In this document: piece after piece, positions 8,664-18,405 of the stretch
Position numbering within the stretch: the stretch's first letter is position 1
Layout of the letters: every line of letters starts with the position of its first letter
Source of the DNA: Oscillospiraceae bacterium
GTDB taxonomy: Bacteria > Bacillota > Clostridia > Oscillospirales > CAG-272
Assembly: GCA_015065215.1 (NCBI GenBank)
Contig: SVQT01000004.1
Location: forward strand, 3,264 to 67,263
Length of the DNA stretch: 64,000 bases
Reading direction: 5' to 3'
Notes under the pieces: generated by a model
Databases searched by the model: none
Told to the model about the DNA's origin: nothing
The model's input: only the letters and a program-made list of their open reading frames with translations
Translations under genes and position numbers: made by a program

Positions 8664-9398
8664 TTATTTCAAAGAATTAATATACGCCGTTGGTGTCATA
8701 CCAATTTTTGCAAAAAATATATTTGAAAATTGCGACGATGAGGTAAAGCCGCAAGAAAACGCTATCTCGGTCAAGGAATTGTTCGGATTTAAAGAAAGCA
8801 AAAACTGAGCTCTTTTTATTCTTTGATTTAATACGTATTGATGAGGGGATATTCCTATCCGTTCCTTAAAAATATGTCTGAATCGGTCATAACTGTAATG
8901 ATATTGTGCCGCCACCTGTTTAAAATCAAATGGCTGTTCAATATTCTCATTGATATATTGCAGGACCAAGGAAAAATCCTGCGATTCGTGACCTTGATCG
9001 GAAGCTCTCTCCGCTTCAATGAGCAGCTGCGAGATCAATATGCTTACCATTTCCTCTTTGTGCGGCAGCTCTTGCTTGGATTCCTCATATAATTGCTTAA
9101 CGATCGACGCAACGTTTCCCTTATAATCGGTATAAGTTCCCTCCCGAATCCTATCGACAGGAGCGTCAAAGAAAAAGTAAATGATCCGACAGGCATCGCT
9201 ATCATACTCGGCATGGGGAGTGCCTGAATGAGTGATATAATAACTTCCTGTTGAGAAATTCATTTTTTTGCCGCGGATATGAACGTAGCCACTGCCCTCA
9301 AGGCAATATACCATTTCGTGATGTGCGTGTGTATGGTCATTTCCAAAAAAACCGTTTGGATGATAGATAGCAACAATCTTCTTTAATTCTTTTATCAT
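8664..9398 (-). CDS. AraC-family transcriptional regulator with N-terminal cupin domain
   Basis: N-terminal cupin-like HHEMVYCLEGSGYVHI. C-terminal AraC dual HTH (ISPHQYVLNQRIKRAQFLL...TEIAFSCGFTSSSQFSNIF). Divergent from the 9556-12967 operon. Confidence 0.85.
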   Translation of the reverse strand: MIKELKKIVAIYHPNGFFGNDHTHAHHEMVYCLEGSGYVHIRGKKMNFSTGSYYITHSGTPHAEYDSDACRIIYFFFDAPVDRIREGTYTDYKGNVASIVKQLYEESKQELPHKEEMVSILISQLLIEAERASDQGHESQDFSLVLQYINENIEQPFDFKQVAAQYHYSYDRFRHIFKERIGISPHQYVLNQRIKRAQFLLSLNPNNSLTEIAFSCGFTSSSQFSNIFFAKIGMTPTAYINSLK

Positions 9399-9555
9399 AT
9401 GCCCTCCGCTTTTGACCTTTTCTTAAATTATATCACGAAAATTACGCGAATTCAACCCGCTTTTAGCCAAATTATAAAATACTCATCCATTTTTTGATAG
9501 ACACCTCCCGAGTGTGGCTGTATAATGGAATAAAAAAACGAAAGGAGTTTTGTTT

Positions 9556-10668
9556 ATGAAAAAAGTTAAAATTGGATTTGTTGGATGTGGCTGTATCAGC
9601 CCGATTTACCTAAAAAATCTTACGAAAATGTTTAAAGAGATAGAAATCATCGGCGTTTGTGATCTGATTCGGGAAAGGGCAGAAAAGGCTGTGGCTGAAT
9701 ACGGAATTCCAAAGCTTTATGAGGATATGTATGAGCTATTCCGTGATCCCGAGGTGGATATCGTACTCAACATCACCCGCCCTTATGAGCATTATGAAGT
9801 AACCAAGCAGGCGCTTCTTCACGGAAAGCACGTCTATACTGAAAAGCCTCTGTCGCCAGACTTAAACGAGGCTCGGGAGCTGGTAAAGCTCGCCAAGGAA
9901 AAGGGCTTGATGCTGGGCGGTGCGCCCGATACCTTTATGGGATCGGGCATTCAGACCTGCCGACACCTGATCGACAACGGATTTATCGGTACGCCGATCG
10001 GTGGCAGCGCAAGCTTTATCAGCAGAGGCCCTGAGGATTGGCACCCTGATCCCGAGTTCGTGTATCAGTATGGAGGAGGTCCAATGTTTGATATGGGACC
10101 CTATTATATAACCGCTTTGATCAATTTGCTTGGAGCTGTGGACACCGTAAGCGGAATGACGCAGATCTCCTACCCCAAGCGACCCATTCTCAGTGAAAAG
10201 AAATACGGTACGGTGATGGACGTGGATGTCCCCACCTATGTTATGGGAACGATGCGCTTTCAAAGCGGAGCTGTGGCAAATATTTTTACCACGTTTGACG
10301 TCAGCAATATGAGTGGCGGAACAAAGCTGGAAATATACGGCTCGGAGGGCTCAATCGTTGTGCCCGATCCCAACACCTTTGACGGAGAGGTCCTTTTGAA
10401 GCGCGGACGAAGCAAAGAGATTATCTCTATGCCCCGTATTTTCAATTACTCGGAAAATTCTCGCGGCTTGGGACTTGCCGATATGGCAAAAGCACTGCAA
10501 AGCGGAAGGGATTTCCGTGCGAACTCGGAGCAACAGCTACACGTTGTGGAAGTAATGTCTGCCTTCTATACAAGCGGGGAAAAAAACGAGTTTGTCAAGA
10601 TCGAATCGCCATATGAGCGCAGAGCACCTATGAAAACCACAGAGCTGGTTGGAATTTTGGAGGAATAA
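9556..10668 (+). CDS. Gfo/Idh/MocA-family NAD(P)-dependent oxidoreductase
   Basis: Rossmann N-terminus KIGFVGCGCIS and an EKPL motif (YTEKPLS). ATG 9556 lies behind AAAGGAG. Confidence 0.85.
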   Translation: MKKVKIGFVGCGCISPIYLKNLTKMFKEIEIIGVCDLIRERAEKAVAEYGIPKLYEDMYELFRDPEVDIVLNITRPYEHYEVTKQALLHGKHVYTEKPLSPDLNEARELVKLAKEKGLMLGGAPDTFMGSGIQTCRHLIDNGFIGTPIGGSASFISRGPEDWHPDPEFVYQYGGGPMFDMGPYYITALINLLGAVDTVSGMTQISYPKRPILSEKKYGTVMDVDVPTYVMGTMRFQSGAVANIFTTFDVSNMSGGTKLEIYGSEGSIVVPDPNTFDGEVLLKRGRSKEIISMPRIFNYSENSRGLGLADMAKALQSGRDFRANSEQQLHVVEVMSAFYTSGEKNEFVKIESPYERRAPMKTTELVGILEE

Positions 10669-10670
10669 CT

Positions 10671-11468
10671 ATGAAGTTGCCGATTGCATTACAGCTATAC
10701 TCTGTACGTGATGAGTTGGAAAAGGACTTTTTGGGAACACTGAAAAAGGTGAAGAATATGGGATATGACGGTGTCGAGCTTTCGGGGCTCAATGGTCGGG
10801 ATCCCTATGAGGTCAGGCGGATGCTGGATGAGGTGGAATTAGCTTGTCCGTCATCTCATGCCCCTGTTGCCGAACAAAAGGAGGTGGGCGCATTTGCGCG
10901 GTATGCGCAAGCAGGCGTTCGTTTCGTTGCCGTTCCCTGGATGGATTATGGAAACGGGAACGAGCATCTTCGCGAGAATATAGAGACGGTGAGAATATTG
11001 GCAGAGACTGCCGCCAAGGAGGGCATTACACTTTTGTATCACAACCACGATTTTGAATTCAAAAAGATAAAAGGAAAGGCAATTCTTGACATATTATACG
11101 AGGAGATCCCCTCTTACCTGTTGCAGACACAACTGGACACCTGTTGGTTAAAATTTGCGGGAGAGAATCCCGTTACATATTTAAAAAAATACGCGGGACG
11201 CGCACCGCTTGTTCATTTAAAGGATTTTTGGTCAGACGGCGAGAACGGTGTTGCCCCCTATAATCTGATTGGAAAAACCTCGGAAGCAAGAAAAAAGACC
11301 AATTTTGAATTTCGTCCCATCGGCTACGGTGTACAGGATATTCCCGCTATCATCAAGGCATCCGAAGAAGCGGGGACAGAGTGGCTGATAGTTGAGCAAG
11401 ACGAGTCTTCTGCCCGTCCTACAATGGAAGCGGCAAGGATGAGTATTGAGTATCTGCACTCTCTTTGA
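10671..11468 (+). CDS. sugar phosphate isomerase/epimerase (xylose-isomerase-like TIM barrel)
   Basis: 265 aa. Family-typical GYDGVEL, LLYHNHDFEF and HLKD segments. Starts 2 nt after the upstream stop codon. Confidence 0.8.
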   Translation: MKLPIALQLYSVRDELEKDFLGTLKKVKNMGYDGVELSGLNGRDPYEVRRMLDEVELACPSSHAPVAEQKEVGAFARYAQAGVRFVAVPWMDYGNGNEHLRENIETVRILAETAAKEGITLLYHNHDFEFKKIKGKAILDILYEEIPSYLLQTQLDTCWLKFAGENPVTYLKKYAGRAPLVHLKDFWSDGENGVAPYNLIGKTSEARKKTNFEFRPIGYGVQDIPAIIKASEEAGTEWLIVEQDESSARPTMEAARMSIEYLHSL

Positions 11469-11477
11469 GGAACAAGT

Positions 11478-12392
11478 ATGAAAAAACAGGTTGTTTTTGC
11501 TTGCGATATCGGCGGCAGTAAACTTTTGTGCGGCTTTGTGGATGAGGACGGCGGTATTATTGATACCGAAAAAGCTTTGCTGCCTGCCGATATCACAACC
11601 GAGATCATTGAAGCGCATTTGAAGAATATGTATATGGTTCTTAGTCAGAGAAATCCCGAATACCAACCGATTGCCTGCGGTATGACGATCCCCGGACTTG
11701 CAGATACGGAAAACGGGATCTGGCAATACGCCTGCTTTTCAGGGATTTCCGACTATCCCATAGCCTCCCGCATGGGGGATATATTGCATTTACCGATCTT
11801 TATTGAAAACGACGTAAACGCGTGTGCTTTGGCAGAAAAAAGATACGGCGGATGCCGTGATTGCAATGACTATTTGTGGGTCACGGTATCCAACGGTGTG
11901 GGCTGTGGACTGGTACTGAACGGGAATATTTATCGCGGCACATTCGGCGGCGCGGGAGAATTCGGGCATATCGTTGTAGAGAAAAACGGTCCTCTCTGCC
12001 CCTGTGGGCACAAAGGCTGTATCGAAGCGGTGGCGGCAGGTCCTGCAATTGCGAGACGATACAAATCGATAACGGGTAAAAGCTGTTCCGCCGCGGAAAT
12101 TGCCGACTTAGCGCGAAACGGTGATCTTGATGCTTTGGCTGTAATGTGCCAAACGGGAGAATATATCGGAAGAGGTCTTGGAAAAGCGGCAAGTCTGTTA
12201 AATCTTGAACGGTACGTGCTGGGCGGAGGCGTAATGCAAAGCTTTGACCTGATGGAATCGGATATTCGGAGAGGGTTTGAGGAAGAAGCCTTTGAAGCGC
12301 CGAACCAAGAGGCAAAAATCGTTATGACTTCCTTGCAATATGAAGCGGGACTTTTGGGCGCGGCTACGGTCGCTTGGCAATCTGTATTATAA
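11478..12392 (+). CDS. ROK-family sugar kinase
   Basis: DIGGSKLLCGFVD ATP-binding N-terminus and ROK zinc motif CPCGHKGCIEAVAAG. No N-terminal HTH. Confidence 0.85.
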   Translation: MKKQVVFACDIGGSKLLCGFVDEDGGIIDTEKALLPADITTEIIEAHLKNMYMVLSQRNPEYQPIACGMTIPGLADTENGIWQYACFSGISDYPIASRMGDILHLPIFIENDVNACALAEKRYGGCRDCNDYLWVTVSNGVGCGLVLNGNIYRGTFGGAGEFGHIVVEKNGPLCPCGHKGCIEAVAAGPAIARRYKSITGKSCSAAEIADLARNGDLDALAVMCQTGEYIGRGLGKAASLLNLERYVLGGGVMQSFDLMESDIRRGFEEEAFEAPNQEAKIVMTSLQYEAGLLGAATVAWQSVL

Positions 12393-12409
12393 GAAAAGAG
12401 GAGCATCCA

Positions 12410-12967
12410 ATGAACGCAAAGCAATATTTAGACTCGATGATAGATCTAATAGGACGGAGTGACACTGAAAAATTGGACGATGCGGCGGATATGATAGCAG
12501 ATACTCTTAAAAAACGGAATGCAATATTTGTTACGGGAAACGGTGGAAGCGCGGCTACCGCCAATCATTTCGTTGCGGATTTTGGAAAGAACGTGGTAAA
12601 AGGAAATGAAAACAGACCCCGCGTGATGTCGCTATGCTGTAATATGGCGGCGGTGACGGCATACGCCAATGATGAGGGGTATGAAAACGCATTTTCACGA
12701 CAGTTGACAAACTGGATGGAAGCGGGAGATCTTTTGATCGTAATATCCGCCAGCGGCAATTCACCAAGTGTTTTGGAGGCGTGTAATATGGCACATGGGA
12801 AGGGTGGAAAGGTAATCGCAATGACAGGCTTTAGCGGTGGAAAGCTGAAAGAAATCAGCGATATTTGTCTGCACGCAGATGACACGGCATATGAAACGGT
12901 TGAGGATGCCCACTCGGTTTTTTGTCACCTGCTGGTGTCCTTACTCAAGGAACGTACAATGCAATAA
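12410..12967 (+). CDS. SIS-domain phosphosugar isomerase (GmhA/DiaA-like)
   Basis: VTGNGGSAATANHFVADF and VISASGNSPSV SIS motifs. ATG 12410 lies behind AAGAGGAG. Confidence 0.8.
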   Translation: MNAKQYLDSMIDLIGRSDTEKLDDAADMIADTLKKRNAIFVTGNGGSAATANHFVADFGKNVVKGNENRPRVMSLCCNMAAVTAYANDEGYENAFSRQLTNWMEAGDLLIVISASGNSPSVLEACNMAHGKGGKVIAMTGFSGGKLKEISDICLHADDTAYETVEDAHSVFCHLLVSLLKERTMQ

Positions 12968-12992
12968 AGCATCTATTAAGGTCAGAAGAGCC

Positions 12993-13034
12993 AAAACAAA
13001 GGGGCGCCCCCACGGGGGTGCCCCTTTGTTTTGG
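12993..13034 (+). terminator. terminator of the sugar operon
   Basis: AAAACAAAGGGGC / GCCCCTTTGTTTT stem around a GC-rich loop. Confidence 0.6.
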
Positions 13035-13090
13035 CTGCGGTGCCCTGGCGCAAAGCTGCCTTGCTTAAAAAGTCTTTGCGCTGTTTTGCT

Positions 13091-13545
13091 TCATTTTTTG
13101 ATGATATTCGCTCTGATCATATCAACAGAGCTAACCCCCTTTGCGGTAATGCCGCTGCATGAAAAGAAAAACAGATCAGCATTGAACGCTTCGATCGTGC
13201 TTTCGGTCAGCGATCCGATCCAATCATCATTTTCATATAACTCGCCGCCCGGCACGATCATCTTGGCGGATAAATGATTGCTCAGCGCGCCGACCGTATC
13301 CGGTTCGTTGGTGATCACCGTGAGATTTTCATACTTGTGAAAAAAATTGCAAGCTTTGTGACCGTCGTGCCAGAGGCCAGAAAGGCCGTCATATTATCCT
13401 GTAAAAAGCTGACGGTTGTCTGCCGACAAAAAATACCTATCGCGTTGCCGGGCAGGGCGTTTGCAAGGTCTTGGAGCAAGGTGGGATGGCATACGCCTAA
13501 CAATATCGAGAGCACGTCTTCTACATCTAAATGACGTAGCCCCAT
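13091..13545 (-). pseudogene. DeoR-family regulator remnant (sensor domain only, frameshifted, no HTH)
   Basis: Two adjacent ORFs in different frames (13315..13545 and 13091..13318) both read as DeoR C-terminal domain (FLASGTTVTKLA; VITNEPDTVGALS...MIVPGGEL...FNADLFFFSCSGIT). There is no room for an N-terminal HTH. Confidence 0.6.
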
Positions 13546-13563
13546 TGCCTTATGGAAATGCTG

Positions 13564-14481
13564 TTATCGCAACGCAACCGATACAGGAACGCTTTTTTTC
13601 CATTTACGGTACGCCGAAGGTGTCATGCCCGTCACTGTTCGAAAGGCCCTTATAAAAGCGGAAAGCGAGCCAAACCCTACTCTGTATGCCGCGTCTATAA
13701 TGGGCACACCATTCACAATCAGCTTTTGGCTTTCTGCCACCCTGCGCTTGAGTATGTAATCTGCTATTGTGGTGTCAAAGTGCTTTTTAAACAGTCTGGA
13801 AACATACTCTCTGCTATAAAAGAAATGTGCCGCGATTTGCGCAACCGACGATATTTGCGCAAAGTGGCTATCAATATATTTTTGCAGTGTCAGGATGTTT
13901 TCAGGGAGCACCGTGGTGGCATTGGAACACTGAGACATTTTTTTGTTAAGAAAATAGAATATTTGGATGATATAGCTCAGTCCCAGCGCTGATTCAAGCG
14001 GCGCATCGCTAAGTTCCAACGCTTGGCGCAAATTTCCAAGCAAAAATAATAGCTCTTGCTTTTCCGCGTGGGAAGAAAATGAAAAGGTAAAGTCAGCTTT
14101 TTCTCTTTGCAAAAAGGAAAGAAGACAGCCTTGTCCTATGGCGTCAAATGCCGCGGAATATAAGTAAAACACGTGCCGCTTGTACCTTGTTTTTTGGTCA
14201 TTGATGGCCGACATGTGAAATTTTCCCGGCGCTATTAAAATAACGTCCGCGTAGCTCGGCCGATACACACAGGATTCGCAAATATACTCAATATTGCCTT
14301 CTTCAAAAATCACCAGTTCAAAATAATCGTGATAATGAAGACTTGATGGATAGGTGTTTCGGTTGTATTCAGTATCTCTGTAGGCGTAGGAAAGCATCTC
14401 ATTGATCCTGTGATTTTCCCAATTTTTAATTTCTGAGCACCGTCTTTTCTGACTTTCTGAATAGTATGAAAGTAGCTCCAT
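13564..14481 (-). CDS. AraC-family transcriptional regulator
   Basis: C-terminal AraC HTH (YVSRLFKKHFDTTIADYILKRRVAESQKLI...IIDAAYRVGFGSLSAFIRAF). Start set to ATG 14481 (MELLSYY) behind GGGGGAG. Confidence 0.85.
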   Translation of the reverse strand: MELLSYYSESQKRRCSEIKNWENHRINEMLSYAYRDTEYNRNTYPSSLHYHDYFELVIFEEGNIEYICESCVYRPSYADVILIAPGKFHMSAINDQKTRYKRHVFYLYSAAFDAIGQGCLLSFLQREKADFTFSFSSHAEKQELLFLLGNLRQALELSDAPLESALGLSYIIQIFYFLNKKMSQCSNATTVLPENILTLQKYIDSHFAQISSVAQIAAHFFYSREYVSRLFKKHFDTTIADYILKRRVAESQKLIVNGVPIIDAAYRVGFGSLSAFIRAFRTVTGMTPSAYRKWKKSVPVSVALR

Positions 14482-14601
14482 GTCTCCCCCTAAGTAGGTC
14501 ACAAATCGCAAAAGATACGGCACAAAACGAGACGACTTCTTGATTTGTGAAATGATATACTATATTATATCATGATAAATTCAAAATACAAGGGGGAAAA
14601 A

Positions 14602-16425
14602 ATGAAAACACCGCAAAATTTAAAAACACGGGTACATGAGGTAGACATCTGCGTAATCGGTGGAGGGATCGGCGGTATGCTGACAGCGATCTCAGCCGCA
14701 AGGCACGGCGCAAGGGTTGCCTTAATGCACGACCGCCCCGTTCTTGGCGGCAATGCCAGCAGCGAGATACGTATGTGGATTTCGGGAGCGGGAACACGTG
14801 TCCGCGATCTACAGGAAACCGGCATCATGGAGGAATTGCAGCTGGAAAATATGTATCGAAATCCCAAAAGGAATTTCAGTATTTGGGATTCTATCCTATA
14901 TGAAATGGTGCGCTTTGAGCCAAATATAGAGCTCATTCTGAATTGCACCTGCAACGCTGCCAAAACACAGGGCAGCGCTATCAAAAGTGTTACCGGCTTT
15001 CAGTTAACGACTTATACATGGCACGAGGTAAGCGCCAAAATATTTGTGGATAGCTCTGGTGACAGCATTTTGGCACCCCTGACAGGGGCGGCATATACGG
15101 TGGGACGAGAAGCAAAGAGCGAGTATGGCGAGGAATTCGGACTTGACACTGCTGACAGGCATACAATGGGCATGAGTATTCTGCTTCAATGCAGAGAAAC
15201 CGACAGCCCCGTATCTTATACGCCGCCCGCGTGGGCATACGATTTCCCTACCGACGACGCGATGAATAACAAGCCCCACAACATTTACGCGATCAACACC
15301 AATTTTTATTGGATAGAGTTGGGCGGCATGCAAAACAGTATTGACGACACCGAGGAGATACGTGACGAGCTTTTGAAAATCGCCTTTGGCGTTTGGGATC
15401 ATATCAAAAATCACGGTGATCACGGCGCAGAAAACTGGGAATTGGAGTGGGTTGGCTTTTTGCCCGGCAAGCGTGAAAGCCGCAGATATGTGGGCGATTA
15501 TGTCCTCACACAGCATGACGTTGAAAATTGCCCTCGCTTTGCCGATACTGTCGCCTACGGCGGCTGGCAAATCGACAATCACCTGCCCGGCGGCTTTCAT
15601 ATGGATGCAAAGGGGGGCAAGCACTTGCAAAAGCGCAGGCTTTCCGAGCCGTATTCCATTCCCTTGCGGGCTCTTTACTCCAAAAACATTGACAATCTCA
15701 TGTTCGCGGGCCGAAACATCAGCGCCTCGCATATTGCGTTTAGCTCTACGCGCGTGATGGGAACCATCGGTGTGATCGGTCAAGCTGTGGGGACCGCCGC
15801 GGCGATTGCGGTAAGGCATCAACTTTTGCCGCGTGATGCCGCCAAAACAAAAATTGCCGAAATACAAAAAGCCCTCATGGATGACGACTGCTTCCTGCCG
15901 GGCTTTTGCCGTGAACCGTCCAGTCTTGCGCAAGCCGCTGTTCTCACAGCCGATTACGGGGATCCGTCGGCGCTGCTCAACGGTATGGACCGCCGTATAT
16001 GGGGAAATGACAATGGGTATTTTGGCAAAACAAACAAGGCGATTACCTATACCTTTGATTCCTATACGCAGATAAACGGTGTCAGACTTGTATTTGACAG
16101 CGACCTTGACAGAGAGTATACCGACGGTAATCCCGACGCGTTGCATACCTCGTCAAGCATGTTTTTCCCGAAAAGCTATAACAATACCAGCTTCGGCTTC
16201 CCCAAATGTCTGATCAAGCATTACAAAATTGAGGTGATGGACAATTTGGGGCAGTGGAGCACTAAAATTGAAGTTTTTGATAATCATCAACGCTTCATCG
16301 TGCACGAGCTGAACATGATGGCAAAGGCGGTTCGTCTGATCCCGCTCAGCACCTATCATAGTGAGCGAAAAACAGAGGATTACGGATCCTCGACGGCACA
16401 TATTTTCAATTTTGAAATTTTCTAA
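14602..16425 (+). CDS. FAD-dependent oxidoreductase with C-terminal extension
   Basis: DICVIGGGIGGMLTAISAARHGARVALMHDRPVLGGNASSE dinucleotide-binding motif. ATG 14602 lies behind AAGGGGGA. Confidence 0.75.
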   Translation: MKTPQNLKTRVHEVDICVIGGGIGGMLTAISAARHGARVALMHDRPVLGGNASSEIRMWISGAGTRVRDLQETGIMEELQLENMYRNPKRNFSIWDSILYEMVRFEPNIELILNCTCNAAKTQGSAIKSVTGFQLTTYTWHEVSAKIFVDSSGDSILAPLTGAAYTVGREAKSEYGEEFGLDTADRHTMGMSILLQCRETDSPVSYTPPAWAYDFPTDDAMNNKPHNIYAINTNFYWIELGGMQNSIDDTEEIRDELLKIAFGVWDHIKNHGDHGAENWELEWVGFLPGKRESRRYVGDYVLTQHDVENCPRFADTVAYGGWQIDNHLPGGFHMDAKGGKHLQKRRLSEPYSIPLRALYSKNIDNLMFAGRNISASHIAFSSTRVMGTIGVIGQAVGTAAAIAVRHQLLPRDAAKTKIAEIQKALMDDDCFLPGFCREPSSLAQAAVLTADYGDPSALLNGMDRRIWGNDNGYFGKTNKAITYTFDSYTQINGVRLVFDSDLDREYTDGNPDALHTSSSMFFPKSYNNTSFGFPKCLIKHYKIEVMDNLGQWSTKIEVFDNHQRFIVHELNMMAKAVRLIPLSTYHSERKTEDYGSSTAHIFNFEIF

Positions 16426-16526
16426 TATACCTTTCATTTTGGCTGTAAAAACATCTTTACTTTTGCGGTAATCTATGGTATCATAATTAAAAAGCGTACA
16501 AAAGGAGAAGCGCGATTCTTGCCAAG

Positions 16527-16901
16527 GTGGTAGAGCTTATCCGCAAATACGACTGCGAGAAATATGTGTATTTCATGGCAGGAGACGCCGCTTTGTTGGA
16601 AAGGTTGCAAAGAGAATACCCTCACATTCCCCGCTGCTGCGGCGCGGGAGATGGCAAGTGGGACATCGTGGATCGCGCGATCGAATACCGTTGCAAAAAG
16701 GTACAGCTCTTCAAGCCCTATTTCAATCAGGCAATGATTGATAAGGCACACGCGCATGGCATCATCTGCAATGTGTTCTGGTCGGACGACCCGGCGGGAA
16801 CCGAGAAATTTTTGGATATGGGCATTGACGTGATTCTCACCAACGATTACAATCTCATCTCGCAGGTGGTCGCCAAAAAGGAAAAATATATTACATATTA
16901 A
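16527..16901 (+). pseudogene. glycerophosphodiester phosphodiesterase (GDPD) family, C-terminal half only
   Basis: 124 aa ending in the GDPD-typical DVILTNDYN. The N-terminal catalytic half is missing and an in-frame stop lies at 16485. The GTG start has no well-spaced SD. Confidence 0.45.
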
Positions 16902-16925
16902 ATTTCATATAGCGAGGTATTAAAA

Positions 16926-17579
16926 ATGCAACTAAACGGCAAAACGGTATGTTTTTTGGGTGACAGCATCACCGAGGGCGCGGGAGCCAGCCAAAAGAAT
17001 AACTGCTACGTTTCTCTGTTCGGCACCGCCCATCCTGAGGCTACCGTACACAATTTCGGCATTGGCGGCACCCGCATTGCCAAGCAGAACAAGCCTTCTG
17101 AAAATCCCAGATGGGATCTGGATTTTGTCAGTCGTGTAGCAGAAATGCCCGAGAGAGCAGACCTGATCTGCGTGTTTGGCGGCACCAACGATTTCGGCCA
17201 TGGCGATGCCCGCTTCGGCCATTTCGGCGACCAAACAAACGACACCTTTTTCGGTGCGCTTTACACCCTTTCGGTAGATTTGATCAACAAATATCCCACC
17301 GCGCGTATCGTGTTTTTTACGCCTTTGCATCGCAGCACCAAGCCAGAGCCCCGCTTTAAAGGAGACGGCTACTGGTCGCTGGACGACTACGCCGCGGCCA
17401 TCCGCCAAAACGCCGCCTATTTCGCCTTCCCCGTGCTGGATCTGCGCACCCAGTCTGGCATTCAGCCAACTGTGCCGGTGATCAAGGAAAAATTCACCAC
17501 CGACGGTCTGCATCCCAATGATGCAGGGCACGAGCGTCTGTTCCGCATGATCGACCGCTTTATCGCCAATTTGGAATAA
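16926..17579 (+). CDS. SGNH/GDSL-family hydrolase
   Basis: Block I FLGDSITEG, block III FGGTNDF, block V DGLHPND. Confidence 0.85.
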   Translation: MQLNGKTVCFLGDSITEGAGASQKNNCYVSLFGTAHPEATVHNFGIGGTRIAKQNKPSENPRWDLDFVSRVAEMPERADLICVFGGTNDFGHGDARFGHFGDQTNDTFFGALYTLSVDLINKYPTARIVFFTPLHRSTKPEPRFKGDGYWSLDDYAAAIRQNAAYFAFPVLDLRTQSGIQPTVPVIKEKFTTDGLHPNDAGHERLFRMIDRFIANLE

Positions 17580-17600
17580 TCAAAAGGCCCCACTAAAACA

Positions 17601-17643
17601 AAAGGATGTGAATGGCGCTCTGCCGCTCACATCCTTTTTTTGT
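17601..17643 (+). terminator. rho-independent terminator
   Basis: AAAGGATGTGA / TCACATCCTTT stem followed by a T-run. Confidence 0.75.
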
Positions 17644-17726
17644 TTATACCGCAAAAGGTGTTGATTTTTGTCGAGTATCATGCTAAAATAAAATTACACC
17701 ATTATGAATGATAGGAGGATTTCACT

Positions 17727-18401
17727 ATGTTCGGATTTGGAAAAAAGAAAAAATTGGCTGCTGAGAAGGCCGCTGCTGAGAAGGCCGCTGCTGAGAAGGC
17801 CGCTGCTGAGAAGGCCGCCGCTGAGAAGGCTGCTGCCGAGAAGGCTGCCGCTGAGAAGGCCGCCACCCGGAAAGCAACCGCTGAAAAGAAAACCGCGGCT
17901 CCCAAAGCGGAAACCGCCAAAAAGGAGCCTGCAAAAAAAGCCGAACCCGCCAAAAAAGCGGGAACCGTTAAAAAAGCGGAAACCGCGCAGGAGATCACCG
18001 AGGATGCCGTTAAGGGCAAGGGACAATTTGCTGTAAAACGCACCAGTGACGGCCGCTATATGTTCAATGTGCACGCCGGTAATACCCAGATTATTGCCAG
18101 CTCGCAAATCTATAGCTCGATGGCAGCTTGCCGAAACGGCATCAACAGCGTGGGCGTAAACGCTCCCCTTGCCGCCATTGAGGATCAGACCCTTTCTAGC
18201 GTTAACGAGGAGAAGTGCCCCAAGTTCCAGATTTATTTTGATAAAAGTGGCAAATACCGCTTTAACCTGTTGGCCGCCAATGGCCAGAACATTCTGGCCT
18301 GCACCCAAGGATATACCCAGAAATCCAGTTGTAAAAACGGCATCAAGAGCGTCATTACCAATGCGCAAGCCACCATTGTTTTACCCAATAACGAAGACTG
18401 A
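17727..18401 (+). CDS. YegP/DUF1508 tandem-domain protein with N-terminal (AAEKA)7 and K/A/E/P-rich region
   Basis: Two DUF1508-like units (FAVKRTSDGRYMFNVHAGNTQIIASSQIYSS...NGINSV and FQIYFDKSGKYRFNLLAANGQNILACTQGYTQ...NGIKSV). Confidence 0.8.
   Translation: MFGFGKKKKLAAEKAAAEKAAAEKAAAEKAAAEKAAAEKAAAEKAATRKATAEKKTAAPKAETAKKEPAKKAEPAKKAGTVKKAETAQEITEDAVKGKGQFAVKRTSDGRYMFNVHAGNTQIIASSQIYSSMAACRNGINSVGVNAPLAAIEDQTLSSVNEEKCPKFQIYFDKSGKYRFNLLAANGQNILACTQGYTQKSSCKNGIKSVITNAQATIVLPNNED
17757..17861 (+). repeat. 15-bp tandem coding repeat x7 (GCTGCTGAGAAGGCC)
   Basis: Seven head-to-tail units with only third-position variation. They encode AAEKA x7. Confidence 0.95.
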
Positions 18402-18405
18402 TTTA

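Noticed and set aside
17757-17861. Possible CRISPR array (regular short repeats here and at 53581-53690).
   Set aside because: The units are directly abutting with no spacers, sit in-frame inside coding sequences, and have no leader or cas genes. They are coding minisatellites.
17702-18043. ORFs 17702..18043, 17704..18036 and 17725..17934, with striking PLLRR / AAFSA / PSQQR repeats.
   Set aside because: These are other-frame and other-strand readings of the same 15-bp tandem repeat. The frame giving (AAEKA)7 continues into two recognisable DUF1508 domains and has the SD.
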